64,000 nucleotides of DNA from Bacilli bacterium (GCA_017612805.1 JAGAFD010000002.1:287-64286); one strand, 5' to 3'. Counted from the stretch's first letter, positions 42,355 to 52,022 are shown. The notes: a model not told the origin generated them from the sequence alone. Numbers and translations are program-made.

Positions 42355-43728
42355 TTAAATATTATATAGTTTATTACGTTTTTTAAGAATAACAATTGAT
42401 GTAATTAATATTAGTAATAATGAAGATGAAATAATTATCGAAATAAACATACCAGTATTAGGATTTTTAATATCTTCGGTCGTAGTTGATGTTTCTTCAC
42501 TTACATCACTAGCTGGGGTAGTTGGTGTTTCAGTAGTTGTAGGTTCAGTTGTTTCTGGTTCAGTTGCTTCAGCTGCTAAATAAGCAGTAATTGATGAATC
42601 AGCATTAGTATCATATTTAATATAATAACCAGTAGGAATAGTAATATCCGTTAAATTAAATCTTGTTCCTGTAGTTCCATCAATTTTGGCTTTTTGAATA
42701 ACAGTACCATCATAGAATTCTAATACATCATTGTAATATCCAGAACCAAGACTACCATTTGGAATATTAATAGTTGGACTATCATTAGTAACCGTACCAT
42801 CATTTTTACCAATAATTAATTTGTTACCACTATAAATAAATATTCCACTACTATTCGTAGCATTAATTGTACCACCAGTAATAGTTACTGTTCCAGCAGT
42901 TCCACCATAAACACCAGGATCAGCAGAAATGGAAATATTAGAATTAATAATCTTTTCTGTTGAAGTTGAATTAATTGTACCACCATTAATTTCAATTGCT
43001 GAAGTTCCATCTAAGTTAGTAAAGGCAGTTTGATAAGCATTAAATACACCATCGTTAATAACAATCTTACGTAAGGTTGTAGTTGAAGATGTACCACCTA
43101 TAGAATATGAATATGTTGTATTTTGGAATAAGTTTTTAGCAGTGGTAGTAGCAATGAAATTACCACCGTTAACCGTTATTAAACCAGCATTAGTGAAAAT
43201 CATATTATGTTTAGTATCTTCTGTGAAGGTACCAGAATTAATGGTCATTGTTCCACCATTATTCTCAAATGTACCAACATACGTACCACCATTAACAGTT
43301 AATAATGAGGCATCAGAATTATTTCTAAAAACAAATGTATATGTATCACCATTTGTTCTAGTATTAACATTACTAAATTCTACTGTATCATTATTTAAGA
43401 AAGATATCCCATTACTTGGATTATATAAAGTACCATTTTTAATAGTAACCGTACCATTGTTTAAAATATAACCAGTATAAGAATGATCATTTAAATTAAT
43501 GATAATGTTCTTATCCGCATAAATGGTAGTAGTACCATCTGGAGCACTATAATCTAAAACAATATCATCTTGTAAAATGATTTCTGCACCAGTAGTTGCA
43601 GCTGTAATTGCTTCTTGTAAGCTTTCATACTCATCAGTACCAATCTTAGCAACCGTTTCAGCACTAGCAAAAACCGGTAAGATAATAGCTAATACTAATA
43701 AGTATTTTAAATTTTTTAAGATCTTCAT
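42355..43728 (-). CDS. Secreted beta-helix repeat surface protein with Thr/Pro/Glu linker and sortase-like C-terminal sorting signal (NPNTG + TM + KKRNK)
   Basis: 457 aa. Signal peptide (…VFASA|ET). Repeated GGT-containing beta-solenoid units (NGGTY, GGTMTINSGTF, ITVNGGNF, IEINGGTINST, VTITGGTINAT). C-terminus TEPETTEPTTTETPTTP...IKNPNTGMFISIIISSSLLLILITSIVILKKRNK. Confidence 0.55.
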   Translation of the reverse strand: MKILKNLKYLLVLAIILPVFASAETVAKIGTDEYESLQEAITAATTGAEIILQDDIVLDYSAPDGTTTIYADKNIIINLNDHSYTGYILNNGTVTIKNGTLYNPSNGISFLNNDTVEFSNVNTRTNGDTYTFVFRNNSDASLLTVNGGTYVGTFENNGGTMTINSGTFTEDTKHNMIFTNAGLITVNGGNFIATTTAKNLFQNTTYSYSIGGTSSTTTLRKIVINDGVFNAYQTAFTNLDGTSAIEINGGTINSTSTEKIINSNISISADPGVYGGTAGTVTITGGTINATNSSGIFIYSGNKLIIGKNDGTVTNDSPTINIPNGSLGSGYYNDVLEFYDGTVIQKAKIDGTTGTRFNLTDITIPTGYYIKYDTNADSSITAYLAAEATEPETTEPTTTETPTTPASDVSEETSTTTEDIKNPNTGMFISIIISSSLLLILITSIVILKKRNKLYNI

Positions 43729-43805
43729 TAAATCCCTACTCTCTATTCTAAGAATACCATATTATACTTTTTAAGTAAACAAAAAGCATAATGGTTTACT
43801 TATTT

Positions 43806-44750
43806 TTACTGTGGCTTAAATAAATAGGCATTACTAGCTTCTTTTGCTTCTTTTTCCATCTCTTCTTCGTCAGCCGGAATACCATAATAATCTACATCGT
43901 AATTTTTTGTGGGCTTATCACCATAAAGTGTTTTAATATCATCTTCATCAAGTTCAAATTCATCTTCTAAAGAATGATATTTATTTGGGATAAATTTACG
44001 ATTACTAGATATTCTTATATTACCCATTTTACTAGTAGCAATACTATAAGTATAGCTATCTTTAGCTTCATTTAATTCTACTTTAATATTAGTAATATTA
44101 TCATCTTTAATAATATCCGCTATTTTTTCAAAATCTTGTTCATATATTTTTAAGAATAAATAAGCATCTCTAAAAGTATCATATTTTTTTAATGAATTAA
44201 ATAAACGTTCTCTTGCATCACCATATAACTTACGATTTATTTGATAACCACATTCATAAGCTAAATCAGTAGAACTTTCAAAAACAGCTTGTAAGTGATA
44301 TGATTCTACTTCTTGATATTTTAAAGAATATAAGGCTCTAAACACTTTTCTTTCATTAGAACTACGATATATTTCAAAATAACGATTAATCGTTTTATTT
44401 AATAAATATTTACCTACTTCGCAATTATCAATTCTAGCTTTTTTAACACTATCAATTTTATCTTTAATCAGATAACCAGTTAATTCATGAAGTTTTTGAT
44501 CATTAAAACAAACTAATTTATTTTTAGTTTGAAGAGTACCTACGGTAACATTTTTAATATCAAAAGGAATAAATTGATTAACTTTATTTTTAATAAAATC
44601 ATCTTGTGACCAACAACCTGATAAAAGATAATCAGCTTCCCATAAATAAAATTTATCTGGTTTTGCACCTAAATTATCTAATACTTCAGTACTTAACGAT
44701 ACTGATTGATTGTTATCACCATTTAAATAAATTTTAAAACATCTACTCAT
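43806..44750 (-). CDS. Hypothetical cytoplasmic protein
   Basis: 314 aa with no TM. Start overlaps the upstream ORF stop (ATGA). Confidence 0.4.
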   Translation of the reverse strand: MSRCFKIYLNGDNNQSVSLSTEVLDNLGAKPDKFYLWEADYLLSGCWSQDDFIKNKVNQFIPFDIKNVTVGTLQTKNKLVCFNDQKLHELTGYLIKDKIDSVKKARIDNCEVGKYLLNKTINRYFEIYRSSNERKVFRALYSLKYQEVESYHLQAVFESSTDLAYECGYQINRKLYGDARERLFNSLKKYDTFRDAYLFLKIYEQDFEKIADIIKDDNITNIKVELNEAKDSYTYSIATSKMGNIRISSNRKFIPNKYHSLEDEFELDEDDIKTLYGDKPTKNYDVDYYGIPADEEEMEKEAKEASNAYLFKPQ

Positions 44751-45100
44751 TTAAAACCCTCCGTTTTATATTTTCCACAATCAATATAAACATTATAGGT
44801 ATATTCAAGATTAGTTTTTTCAACGATGATGTAACCCTTACATTTATTCTTATTTACTTTTAATTCATCAATATATTTTTCTTCTTTTAGAGTTTTGATA
44901 TCCACTTTTAATTTGTTTTTTTCCTCAGGGTATAAATCATTATCTGTAACATACTTTTCACAAGCATTACCTAATTCTTTTTCAAAATCATTATACATTT
45001 TCAACTTTTTATTATAGGTAATTCCAATAAAAGTTAATGTACCAACAATCATAAAAATCATTAAACCCCAAATAATTGTCATAGATTGCATCTTTTTCAT
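44747..45100 (-). CDS. Small membrane-anchored protein, paralog of 45110..45448 (pseudopilin-like C-terminal Cys pair)
   Basis: 117 aa. N-terminal TM. C-terminus NKCKGYIIVEKTNLEYTYNVYIDCG parallels NNCVGYVLVKNVDGKTVIKNNITCD of the neighbouring gene. Confidence 0.45.
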   Translation of the reverse strand: MKKMQSMTIIWGLMIFMIVGTLTFIGITYNKKLKMYNDFEKELGNACEKYVTDNDLYPEEKNKLKVDIKTLKEEKYIDELKVNKNKCKGYIIVEKTNLEYTYNVYIDCGKYKTEGFK

Positions 45101-45109
45101 ATCATCACT

Positions 45110-45448
45110 CTAATCACAAGTAATATTGTTTTTTATTACTGTTTTTCCATCGACATTTTTTACTAAAACATATCCAACACAGTTATTAGCTATATTTAAG
45201 TCAGTTTCTTCTTTTAATTTTTCTAACGAAAGCATTATATCATAAGGAGCATCATATGTACCAAATTTATCATATAAATATTCATTAACTGCTGCTTCGA
45301 CATTATTACTAGTATTATCTTTTGCAAAACCATTATATAATCTAGCAATATAGAAAATAGCAATTAACAAAAAGACTAGTAACAATGCTATTAAGAGTAG
45401 CATTTCTGCTAAGCCCCAACCATGATTGTTTAATTTCATAGTTATCAC
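45110..45448 (-). CDS. Prepilin-type N-terminal signal protein (minor pseudopilin-like)
   Basis: 112 aa. MKLNNHGWGLAEMLLLIALLLVFLLIAIFY fits G|WGLAE with Glu at +5, the class-III signal consensus. C-terminal Cys pair. Confidence 0.5.
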   Translation of the reverse strand: MITMKLNNHGWGLAEMLLLIALLLVFLLIAIFYIARLYNGFAKDNTSNNVEAAVNEYLYDKFGTYDAPYDIMLSLEKLKEETDLNIANNCVGYVLVKNVDGKTVIKNNITCD

Positions 45449-45459
45449 CTATATTCTAA

Positions 45460-45744
45460 TTATTTACTTTGACTTGATTTTAATTCTTCAATGGTCTTTT
45501 CTTCAATAAAGAATGGTCCAAATTGAGTGGCTTTAATACCATCACGATCATACTTATAATATTTATAACCTAAACCATTACAATAATATACTGTGCCATC
45601 ATCATATTTTTTAGTACCATCTTTTAAACAAAATTTTAAATCTTTATCATTAACAGCAAGATAGTAGTCAAAAACCGTTATACCTACCCAACAAATAACT
45701 ACTATACTTAATAATAATCCAAATATTTTTTTTACCCTTTTCAT
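45460..45744 (-). CDS. Small membrane-anchored hypothetical protein
   Basis: 94 aa. N-terminal TM (IFGLLLSIVVICWVGITVF), Tyr/Lys/Gly-rich ectodomain with a Cys pair. Confidence 0.4.
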   Translation of the reverse strand: MKRVKKIFGLLLSIVVICWVGITVFDYYLAVNDKDLKFCLKDGTKKYDDGTVYYCNGLGYKYYKYDRDGIKATQFGPFFIEEKTIEELKSSQSK

Positions 45745-45779
45745 ACTTACACCTCTAATTGTATTATAAGTAATAACAT

Positions 45780-45808
45780 AAAAAAAAACAATAGATTAAA
45801 TCTATTGT
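45780..45808 (-). terminator. Intrinsic terminator after rplL
   Basis: Hairpin acaatagat-taa-atctattgt (9-bp stem, 45788-45808) followed on the minus strand by T8 (complement of 45781-45788). Confidence 0.6.
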
Positions 45809-45820
45809 TTACATTAGCAA

Positions 45821-46192
45821 TTAAGCTAATTCGATTGTAGCACCAGCTTCTTCGAATTGTGCTTTTAAAGCTTCAGCTTCAGCAGCAGGAATGTTTTCTT
45901 TAATATTTCCACCGTTATCAGCGATAGCTTTAGCTTCCATTAATCCTAAACCAGTAACTTCTTTAATAACTTTGATAACACCAACTTTGTTATCACCAGC
46001 AGCTTTTAATACTACAGTTTTAGTAGCACTACCAGCGTCTTCAGCAGCACCAGCAGCAGGAGCAGCAGCAACTGCTACAGCACTAGGATCAACACCTAAT
46101 TCTTCTTTCATTAAATCTACTAATTCTTTGCATTCAAGAATAGTCATTTCTTTTACTGAATCAATAATTTCTTTTGCACTTAATTTTGCCAT
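45821..46192 (-). CDS. rplL: 50S ribosomal protein L7/L12
   Basis: 123 aa. MAKLSAKEIIDSVKEMTILE..., an Ala/Pro hinge, C-terminus KEVTGLGLMEAKA. Confidence 0.95.
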   Translation of the reverse strand: MAKLSAKEIIDSVKEMTILECKELVDLMKEELGVDPSAVAVAAAPAAGAAEDAGSATKTVVLKAAGDNKVGVIKVIKEVTGLGLMEAKAIADNGGNIKENIPAAEAEALKAQFEEAGATIELA

Positions 46193-46210
46193 TTAAAATC
46201 TCTCCTTTTC

Positions 46211-46705
46211 TTATTTACTTTCTAACCCTTCAGCATAAAGGTTAACTCCAATTGCAAATTCTTTTGCATATTGCATTAAACCAGCAGCAAACATTGTAAG
46301 TAAGCCGTCTCTTGATGGAATACTTGCATATTCTTTAATTACATCTAAAGAAGCAACGTCGCCACTAATTACACCAACACGAATATTTAATAATTCATGT
46401 TCTTTTTGATAATCTGCTAACACCTTGATTGGTTCTAATAAGTCTTTACCAAATAGCATAGCATTTGGGCCTTCTAAGAATTCATCAACGTTGTAGTTAA
46501 GTTCATCCATAGCACGTTTAACAAGGGTGTTTTTATAAACTTTAACTTTACCATTAGCATCTCTTAGTTTTTTTCTTAAATCACTAATATCATCAACTGT
46601 TAAACCTTGATATGTAAAAATAATAACAGATTCACTATTTTTAATATTATCAATAATCTCATTAACAGTGTCAGTTTTTTGTGCTAAGACTTTTTGACTT
46701 GCCAT
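46211..46705 (-). CDS. rplJ: 50S ribosomal protein L10
   Basis: 164 aa. Conserved position between rplA and rplL; L10 fold motifs (LRKKLRDANGKVKVYKNTL). Confidence 0.9.
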   Translation of the reverse strand: MASQKVLAQKTDTVNEIIDNIKNSESVIIFTYQGLTVDDISDLRKKLRDANGKVKVYKNTLVKRAMDELNYNVDEFLEGPNAMLFGKDLLEPIKVLADYQKEHELLNIRVGVISGDVASLDVIKEYASIPSRDGLLTMFAAGLMQYAKEFAIGVNLYAEGLESK

Positions 46706-46873
46706 ATCTTTCCTCCTTATTAGGTATATAATAAAAAGCTTTCACATAGGAAAGCTTAGTTTAAACACATTAAAAAGTTTAAATAAGATTTCCTCGGTAA
46801 GATAATTTTTAAGCTTGCGCTCTTACTGTCTTTGGTAATCGCTTTTTATATCGTTATTATAATAATTTAGTTA
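46706..46873 (-). promoter_or_regulatory. rplJ (L10) leader region, probable L10(L12)4 autoregulatory leader
   Basis: 168-nt untranslated gap between rplA and rplJ, as in Bacillus. Structure not folded here. Confidence 0.4.
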
Positions 46874-47572
46874 TTAATTGTCAATTGCATTTTTATCAAT
46901 TTTGATACCAGGACCCATAGTAGCACTAATTGAAATATTTTCAATATAAGTACCTTTTACAGTTGTTGGTTTAGCTTTAACAATTGCGTTAATAACATAT
47001 TGTAAGTTTTCAGCTAACTTAGCTTCATCAAATGATACCTTACCAATAATTGTATGAACATTACCATAAGTATCAGTTTTATATTCAACCATACCTTTTT
47101 TAATGTCTTCAATTGTTTTGGCTGGAGTCATTGTTACAGTACCAGTCTTAGGATTTGGCATTAAACCTTTAGGTCCTAAAACTTTACCAATTTTACCTAA
47201 AGCAGGCATCATTTCTGGAGTAGCAATAATTACATCATAATCAAACCAGTTTTCAGTTTCGATTTTTTGAATTAAATCTAATTCTCCAACAAAATCAGCA
47301 CCAGCAGCTTTTGCATCAGCAGCAGCGTCACCTTTAGCTAAAACTAAAATTCTTTTAGTTTTACCAGTACCGTTAGGTAATACTAGTGAACCTCTTAATT
47401 GTTGATCAGCTTTTTTAGGATCAACATTTAATTTGAATGCTACTTCAACAGTTCCGTCAAATTTAGAAAAAGATGTTTCTTTAACTAATTTAACTGCTTC
47501 ATTAATAGTATAAGCTTTATTTCTATCTACTTTACTAGAAGCTTCCACATATTTTTTACTAGCCTTTTTCAT
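46874..47572 (-). CDS. rplA: 50S ribosomal protein L1
   Basis: 232 aa. ...[22 protein letters not shown]... Confidence 0.95.
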   Translation of the reverse strand: MKKASKKYVEASSKVDRNKAYTINEAVKLVKETSFSKFDGTVEVAFKLNVDPKKADQQLRGSLVLPNGTGKTKRILVLAKGDAAADAKAAGADFVGELDLIQKIETENWFDYDVIIATPEMMPALGKIGKVLGPKGLMPNPKTGTVTMTPAKTIEDIKKGMVEYKTDTYGNVHTIIGKVSFDEAKLAENLQYVINAIVKAKPTTVKGTYIENISISATMGPGIKIDKNAIDN

Positions 47573-47631
47573 TTTAATTTCCTTTCTAATTGTGGTTTAT
47601 TAGCGGATATTCATAATATATATTTATCAAA

Positions 47632-48225
47632 TTATTCTTCAGTTGTTTCTTCTTGTTTTTCATTGATAACTTCAACTTCAGCAGGAGCACTACCAGCTTT
47701 TGCTTCTTCTTCCATTTTTTCGAATTCAGCATCACGTTTTTCTTGTTCTCTTGCTTCAATTTCAGCTTCTTTAGCTTGTTCTTTTAATTCTTCATCATTG
47801 ACACCTTGAATAGCAACACCCATATTACGAGCAGTACCTTCAATAATTGCCATAGCTCCTTCAATATCGTAAGCGTTTAGATCAGGTAATTTAGTTTCAG
47901 CTATTTTTCTTAAATCTTCTTTAGAAATAGTAGCAACTAATTCATTAGCACCCTTACTAGAACCTTTCTTAATCTTAGCAGTCTTCTTAATTAAGAATGC
48001 TGCAGGAGCAGTTTTTAATACGAAATCAAATGATCTATCATCATAAACAGAGATTTCTACTGGAATAATATCTCCCATTTTATCACGAGTTGCATCATTA
48101 AATCTGGTACAGAATTCACCTAAGTTGATACCTGCAGGACCTAAAACAGTACCTACTGGTGGAGCTGGAGTAGCTTTACCAGCTTCAACTTGAAGTTTAA
48201 TTTTCTTTACGACTTCTTTTGCCAC
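47632..48225 (-). CDS. rplK: 50S ribosomal protein L11 with ~55-aa acidic C-terminal extension; GTG start
   Basis: Start reassigned to the GTG at 48223-48225 (VAKEVVKKIKLQVEAGKATPAPPVG...), preceded by AGGAGG. The track ATG at 48288 lies in the leader. The L11 core ends around ...TARNMGV; an E/K/A-rich tail follows (…EELKEQAKEAEIEAREQEKRDAEFEKMEEEAKAG…EETTEE). Confidence 0.85.
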   Translation of the reverse strand: MAKEVVKKIKLQVEAGKATPAPPVGTVLGPAGINLGEFCTRFNDATRDKMGDIIPVEISVYDDRSFDFVLKTAPAAFLIKKTAKIKKGSSKGANELVATISKEDLRKIAETKLPDLNAYDIEGAMAIIEGTARNMGVAIQGVNDEELKEQAKEAEIEAREQEKRDAEFEKMEEEAKAGSAPAEVEVINEKQEETTEE

Positions 48226-48394
48226 GAAAACACCTCCTATATGTTTTTGCGATAGTGGTACAGGCAAGTCCGCTTCTTTCCTTTCCACTAATAATTATAT
48301 AAATATATATAATCGCAATGTAAATTATACCATAAAGTACAAAAAAAGCAAGATATTTCCTGCATTTTTTTATTGTTTGATAATTAGTGTCAAA

Positions 48395-49255
48395 CTAAGG
48401 TTTTTTAACAAAATAATTATCCCATTTTAAATTGGTATTATCCCTTAAAACTTTATTTACTAAAGACGTATTATCATAACAATCTTTACAGATATTATCG
48501 GCAGCGAATTTTCTTAAATTAGTTGCTTCATTAATATCAATTGCTAAATAATCAGCATCAAAAATATTAGAATTTTCACCATTTAATTCCATTAATAATG
48601 TTTGGCTTGGTCGTTTTTCATTTTTACCATTAAAAACGATATCTGGATTAAGTGATGTACATACATAATAATTAGACATTGCATCAGCACCAACAAAATC
48701 AATATTAAAATTAAAACTATTGATTACATTAAAATTTACATCAGATTCACTTATAAAGCTTGTTAAAGATACTAAACAATCATTTTTATAACAATGATAT
48801 TCAAAACTATCTAAATTATGGACTGGTTTTCCAATAATACGATAAATATCTTTAGTATTATTATCTAAAACATTATCGCATTTATGACTAAGCGTTAAAA
48901 CATCTTTAATCGCCATTAAACGAATATGTCTTCTAATTCCATAATAATTAAAGGTAATAATAATTTCATTTTCATCAAAAAACATTTTCATTGATAAATT
49001 ATCATTCTTAAAAAGAATTTCTCGATTACCAAAACGAATATTAGTTGATAAAATAATTAATGCTTCTAAAATATCATTAATACGTGATGAAGCAAAATTG
49101 CGGAACGGTTTAAAATACTTAGTATATTTATTAGTTATTTCATTAGTAGCAACATAAATTTTATCAACATTAATAATTGCATCACTAATAATATAATTAA
49201 CTAATTCTTCCTCAATGCCAAATATTTGGGATGTTTTTTCAATTAATTCATCCAT
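48395..49255 (-). CDS. Hypothetical cytoplasmic protein
   Basis: 286 aa with no TM or recognisable motif. Inserted between nusG and rplK. Confidence 0.4.
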   Translation of the reverse strand: MDELIEKTSQIFGIEEELVNYIISDAIINVDKIYVATNEITNKYTKYFKPFRNFASSRINDILEALIILSTNIRFGNREILFKNDNLSMKMFFDENEIIITFNYYGIRRHIRLMAIKDVLTLSHKCDNVLDNNTKDIYRIIGKPVHNLDSFEYHCYKNDCLVSLTSFISESDVNFNVINSFNFNIDFVGADAMSNYYVCTSLNPDIVFNGKNEKRPSQTLLMELNGENSNIFDADYLAIDINEATNLRKFAADNICKDCYDNTSLVNKVLRDNTNLKWDNYFVKKP

Positions 49256-49326
49256 AGCTATCCCCCATTTAAATTATGTATACTCTAACACAAAACTCCT
49301 AAAAAAACAATAAAAAGACTAGTTGC

Positions 49327-50565
49327 CTAGTCTTTTACATACATAATATCAATATCAACATTACCATTAATACCATCTATTTTACCATTATCACATATTT
49401 GTAGATAATCATATAACCCACGATAATCTAGGATAGTATTAGTATATTGGGCAACCCAAATAGGATATTTAATATTTAACCATATTTTATCTAAGTAAGT
49501 TTTACTACCATAAAGCATTCCTTGATAGCCTTCTTTACTAACGGTATCTAAAAAAGCATTAGCATTGTTATTTAAGGTATAAAAACTATTATTAAAGGCA
49601 TTATAGAAAGACCAGTTTTCCCAATCATATACTACTGGTAAATCTACTTTATATGGTTTAATTTGTTCTAATACCCAATTAGCATCTTTAATAGCACTTT
49701 TTTTAGTGGCAGCATATGAATAAAAATATACTCCTACGGGAATACCTACACGATTAAAGCCTTCCATGTTTCTTTTAAATTGTTTATCTAAGAAATATTC
49801 CTTATCAATTCCTTTAGTACCACCAACACGAACAAAAGCAAATTCTACGCCAGCATTCTTTAAAGCATCAAAATCAATTTCTCCTTGCCATTCTGATACA
49901 TCAATTCCAATTTTCGTATCATCTTTTTTATAATTATCATAAGCTTCTTTAATAGGAGTTCTAATGGTACTACCACCACTTTTATTACCAGATGATTTAA
50001 CTGGTTCTTTGACGTATAAAACAAAGTTTTTAGACTCGGTATTTCCACTTCCATCAACGGCTTCAAATACTAAATTATAAGCACCAACGGTATTTAAATC
50101 ATAATCACCAATAATACTACATTTAGGATTATCATCAACATCATCAGCACACATTATCTTTTCTAGTAAATCAACGTTACTTCCTTTAGTTGTGGAATAA
50201 CTTGCGCCTAACCAAATCGTTGGTTTAGTAATATCAATTACTTCATAATCTAGAGTTAGTGTTACTTCTTCATTATTACTACTAAGATATTGATATGTAA
50301 CTGTATTCTTACCTAAATTAGTAGTATTTACTTTAACATTATCAACTACCTTACCCTTAGCAGTACTAATTAAATCTTTAATATTAGTTTCACTGTTAAA
50401 AGGAATTTGTAAATTTTCCACATAAGTTACTTCATTAAGAGCCTCTTTATATTGACGTTTTGATTTGAAATGATTAATGGTAAATAATGTCACAATAATT
50501 GCAATAATTAAGATAATTGCCCCTACTATTAAAAAACGTAAGCGTTTTCTTCTCAATTTTATCAC
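49327..50565 (-). CDS. Membrane-anchored GH25-family muramidase (lysozyme) with Ig-like N-terminal domains
   Basis: 412 aa. TM (FLIVGAIILIIAIIVTLF). The C-terminus GIDVSEWQGEIDFDALKNAGVEFAFVRVG...GVYFYSYA...DWENW matches the GH25 catalytic-domain signatures. Confidence 0.7.
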   Translation of the reverse strand: MIKLRRKRLRFLIVGAIILIIAIIVTLFTINHFKSKRQYKEALNEVTYVENLQIPFNSETNIKDLISTAKGKVVDNVKVNTTNLGKNTVTYQYLSSNNEEVTLTLDYEVIDITKPTIWLGASYSTTKGSNVDLLEKIMCADDVDDNPKCSIIGDYDLNTVGAYNLVFEAVDGSGNTESKNFVLYVKEPVKSSGNKSGGSTIRTPIKEAYDNYKKDDTKIGIDVSEWQGEIDFDALKNAGVEFAFVRVGGTKGIDKEYFLDKQFKRNMEGFNRVGIPVGVYFYSYAATKKSAIKDANWVLEQIKPYKVDLPVVYDWENWSFYNAFNNSFYTLNNNANAFLDTVSKEGYQGMLYGSKTYLDKIWLNIKYPIWVAQYTNTILDYRGLYDYLQICDNGKIDGINGNVDIDIMYVKD

Positions 50566-50594
50566 CCTTCTTATTAAAAAAAGCAGCTAATGTA

Positions 50595-51134
50595 TTAGTC
50601 TGCTTTTGTTACTTGGAATAACTCTACTTCTACAGGAGTTTCTTGACCAAACAAATCGATTAAAACATTTAAACGATTATTTTCATTATCAATATTATCA
50701 ACTTTACCCATCATACCTTTGAATGGTCCATCAACAATATTAACTTTATCACCAACGCTTAATTCAGTATCCACATTTAATCTACTCATACCCATGTTAG
50801 TTAAAATACGATCAATTTCTTGTGGTAATAAAGGGGTTGGTTTAGCTCCTTTTCCAGAAGATCCGATAAATCCAGTTACACCTGGTGTATTACGTACAAT
50901 ATACCAAGCTTCATCACTCATAATCATTTCTACTAAAATATAACCAGGAAACATTTTATGAGTTTTTTCTTTAGTAGTACCATCTTTTAATGTTTCAACT
51001 TCTTTAGTTTCAGGAATAATTACTCGGAAGATATAATCTTGCATACCCATTGATTCAGTACGTGCTTCAAGTTTTTCTTTTACTTTGCTTTCATGTCCTG
51101 AATAAGTATTAACTACATACCATTCTTTATCCAT
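50595..51134 (-). CDS. nusG: Transcription termination/antitermination factor NusG
   Basis: 179 aa. WYVVNTYSGHE NGN domain and KOW motif (VGDKVNIVDGPFKG). Confidence 0.95.
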   Translation of the reverse strand: MDKEWYVVNTYSGHESKVKEKLEARTESMGMQDYIFRVIIPETKEVETLKDGTTKEKTHKMFPGYILVEMIMSDEAWYIVRNTPGVTGFIGSSGKGAKPTPLLPQEIDRILTNMGMSRLNVDTELSVGDKVNIVDGPFKGMMGKVDNIDNENNRLNVLIDLFGQETPVEVELFQVTKAD

Positions 51135-51322
51135 TAGTTAAATAACCCCCTTATAATAGAAGAAACGAAATCTAAGCCTTGAAAATAAGCTACTAAAATT
51201 AAGCAAAATACTAAAGTTGCTAGAAAGTATTTAGTAACATTTTTAAATTCAGGCCATTTTACTTTTTTCATTTCTGAAATAACACCTTTAAAAAAGTTAT
51301 CTTTTGATTTACTCTTTTTCAT
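51134..51322 (-). CDS. secE: Preprotein translocase subunit SecE
   Basis: Start set at the internal Met (MKKSKSKDNFFKGVISEMKKVKWP...), giving a 62-aa single-TM protein of typical SecE size. The track start at 51397 is probably too far upstream. Confidence 0.7.
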   Translation of the reverse strand: MKKSKSKDNFFKGVISEMKKVKWPEFKNVTKYFLATLVFCLILVAYFQGLDFVSSIIRGLFN

Positions 51323-51404
51323 TAAATCACCTTTTTCCAAATAAAAAACACGTCCTCGTGTTAAATATAATTTAACACAATTTACTAAATTAAGCAACTG
51401 TTTT

Positions 51405-52022
51405 TTATTTATTTATAATACCTTTCACTTTATTTTTAATTCTTTGAATGGTATTATCAATTTGTTTTGGTTCTTTACCTAAAATATTAGCTATTTCTTG
51501 ATATGAATAATTTTCTTTCATTAATTGATATACTTCTACTTCATTTTTAGATAAATTATCGATTATTTCTTTATTTAATTCTTTTATATATTCTTGATCA
51601 CTTATCTCATCTAAAGGATCTTTTGAACTTTCATCTTTAATTAAATCTTTAAGCGTTAAATAATCATCATACTCATATTCTAAAGATACTGTATCACTAA
51701 TTGTTTTATTCTTAATAGTTTGAGCATTTCTTAAAGCCGTTTTAATTCTTCTGTCAACACAAATGGTTGCGAATGTTGCAAAAGACGCATCACAATCTTC
51801 ATGATAACGATTAATACTATCCGTAAAACCAAGTAATGCTTCTTGAAAAAGATCAGATGGTTCAATTGATAAAGCTAATGCTCTTTTATAATACTTCTTA
51901 AAAATAATATCAATAATATAATGATACTTTTGATAGATGATATTCCTGGCATCATCGTTATTTTCACTAATTAACATGATAAGTTCGTGATCATTATATT
52001 CATTATAATCCAACTTAATCAC
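51405..52022 (-). CDS. RNA polymerase sigma factor, SigH-like (sigma-70 regions 2 and 4)
   Basis: 205 aa. Region 2 (DLFQEALLGFTDSINRY...), C-terminal HTH (YSYQEIANILGKEPKQIDNTIQRIKNK). Position upstream of secE-nusG as sigH in Bacillus. Confidence 0.7.
   Translation of the reverse strand: MIKLDYNEYNDHELIMLISENNDDARNIIYQKYHYIIDIIFKKYYKRALALSIEPSDLFQEALLGFTDSINRYHEDCDASFATFATICVDRRIKTALRNAQTIKNKTISDTVSLEYEYDDYLTLKDLIKDESSKDPLDEISDQEYIKELNKEIIDNLSKNEVEVYQLMKENYSYQEIANILGKEPKQIDNTIQRIKNKVKGIINK

Noticed and set aside
45891-46196. 101-aa plus-strand ORF antisense to rplL
   Set aside because: Antisense to an unambiguous L7/L12 gene; the Ala-rich mirror image of the L12 hinge explains the open frame.
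49860-50066. 68-aa minus-strand ORF inside the GH25 gene region
   Set aside because: Nested, different frame from the 412-aa GH25 ORF, which carries the catalytic motifs; spurious.
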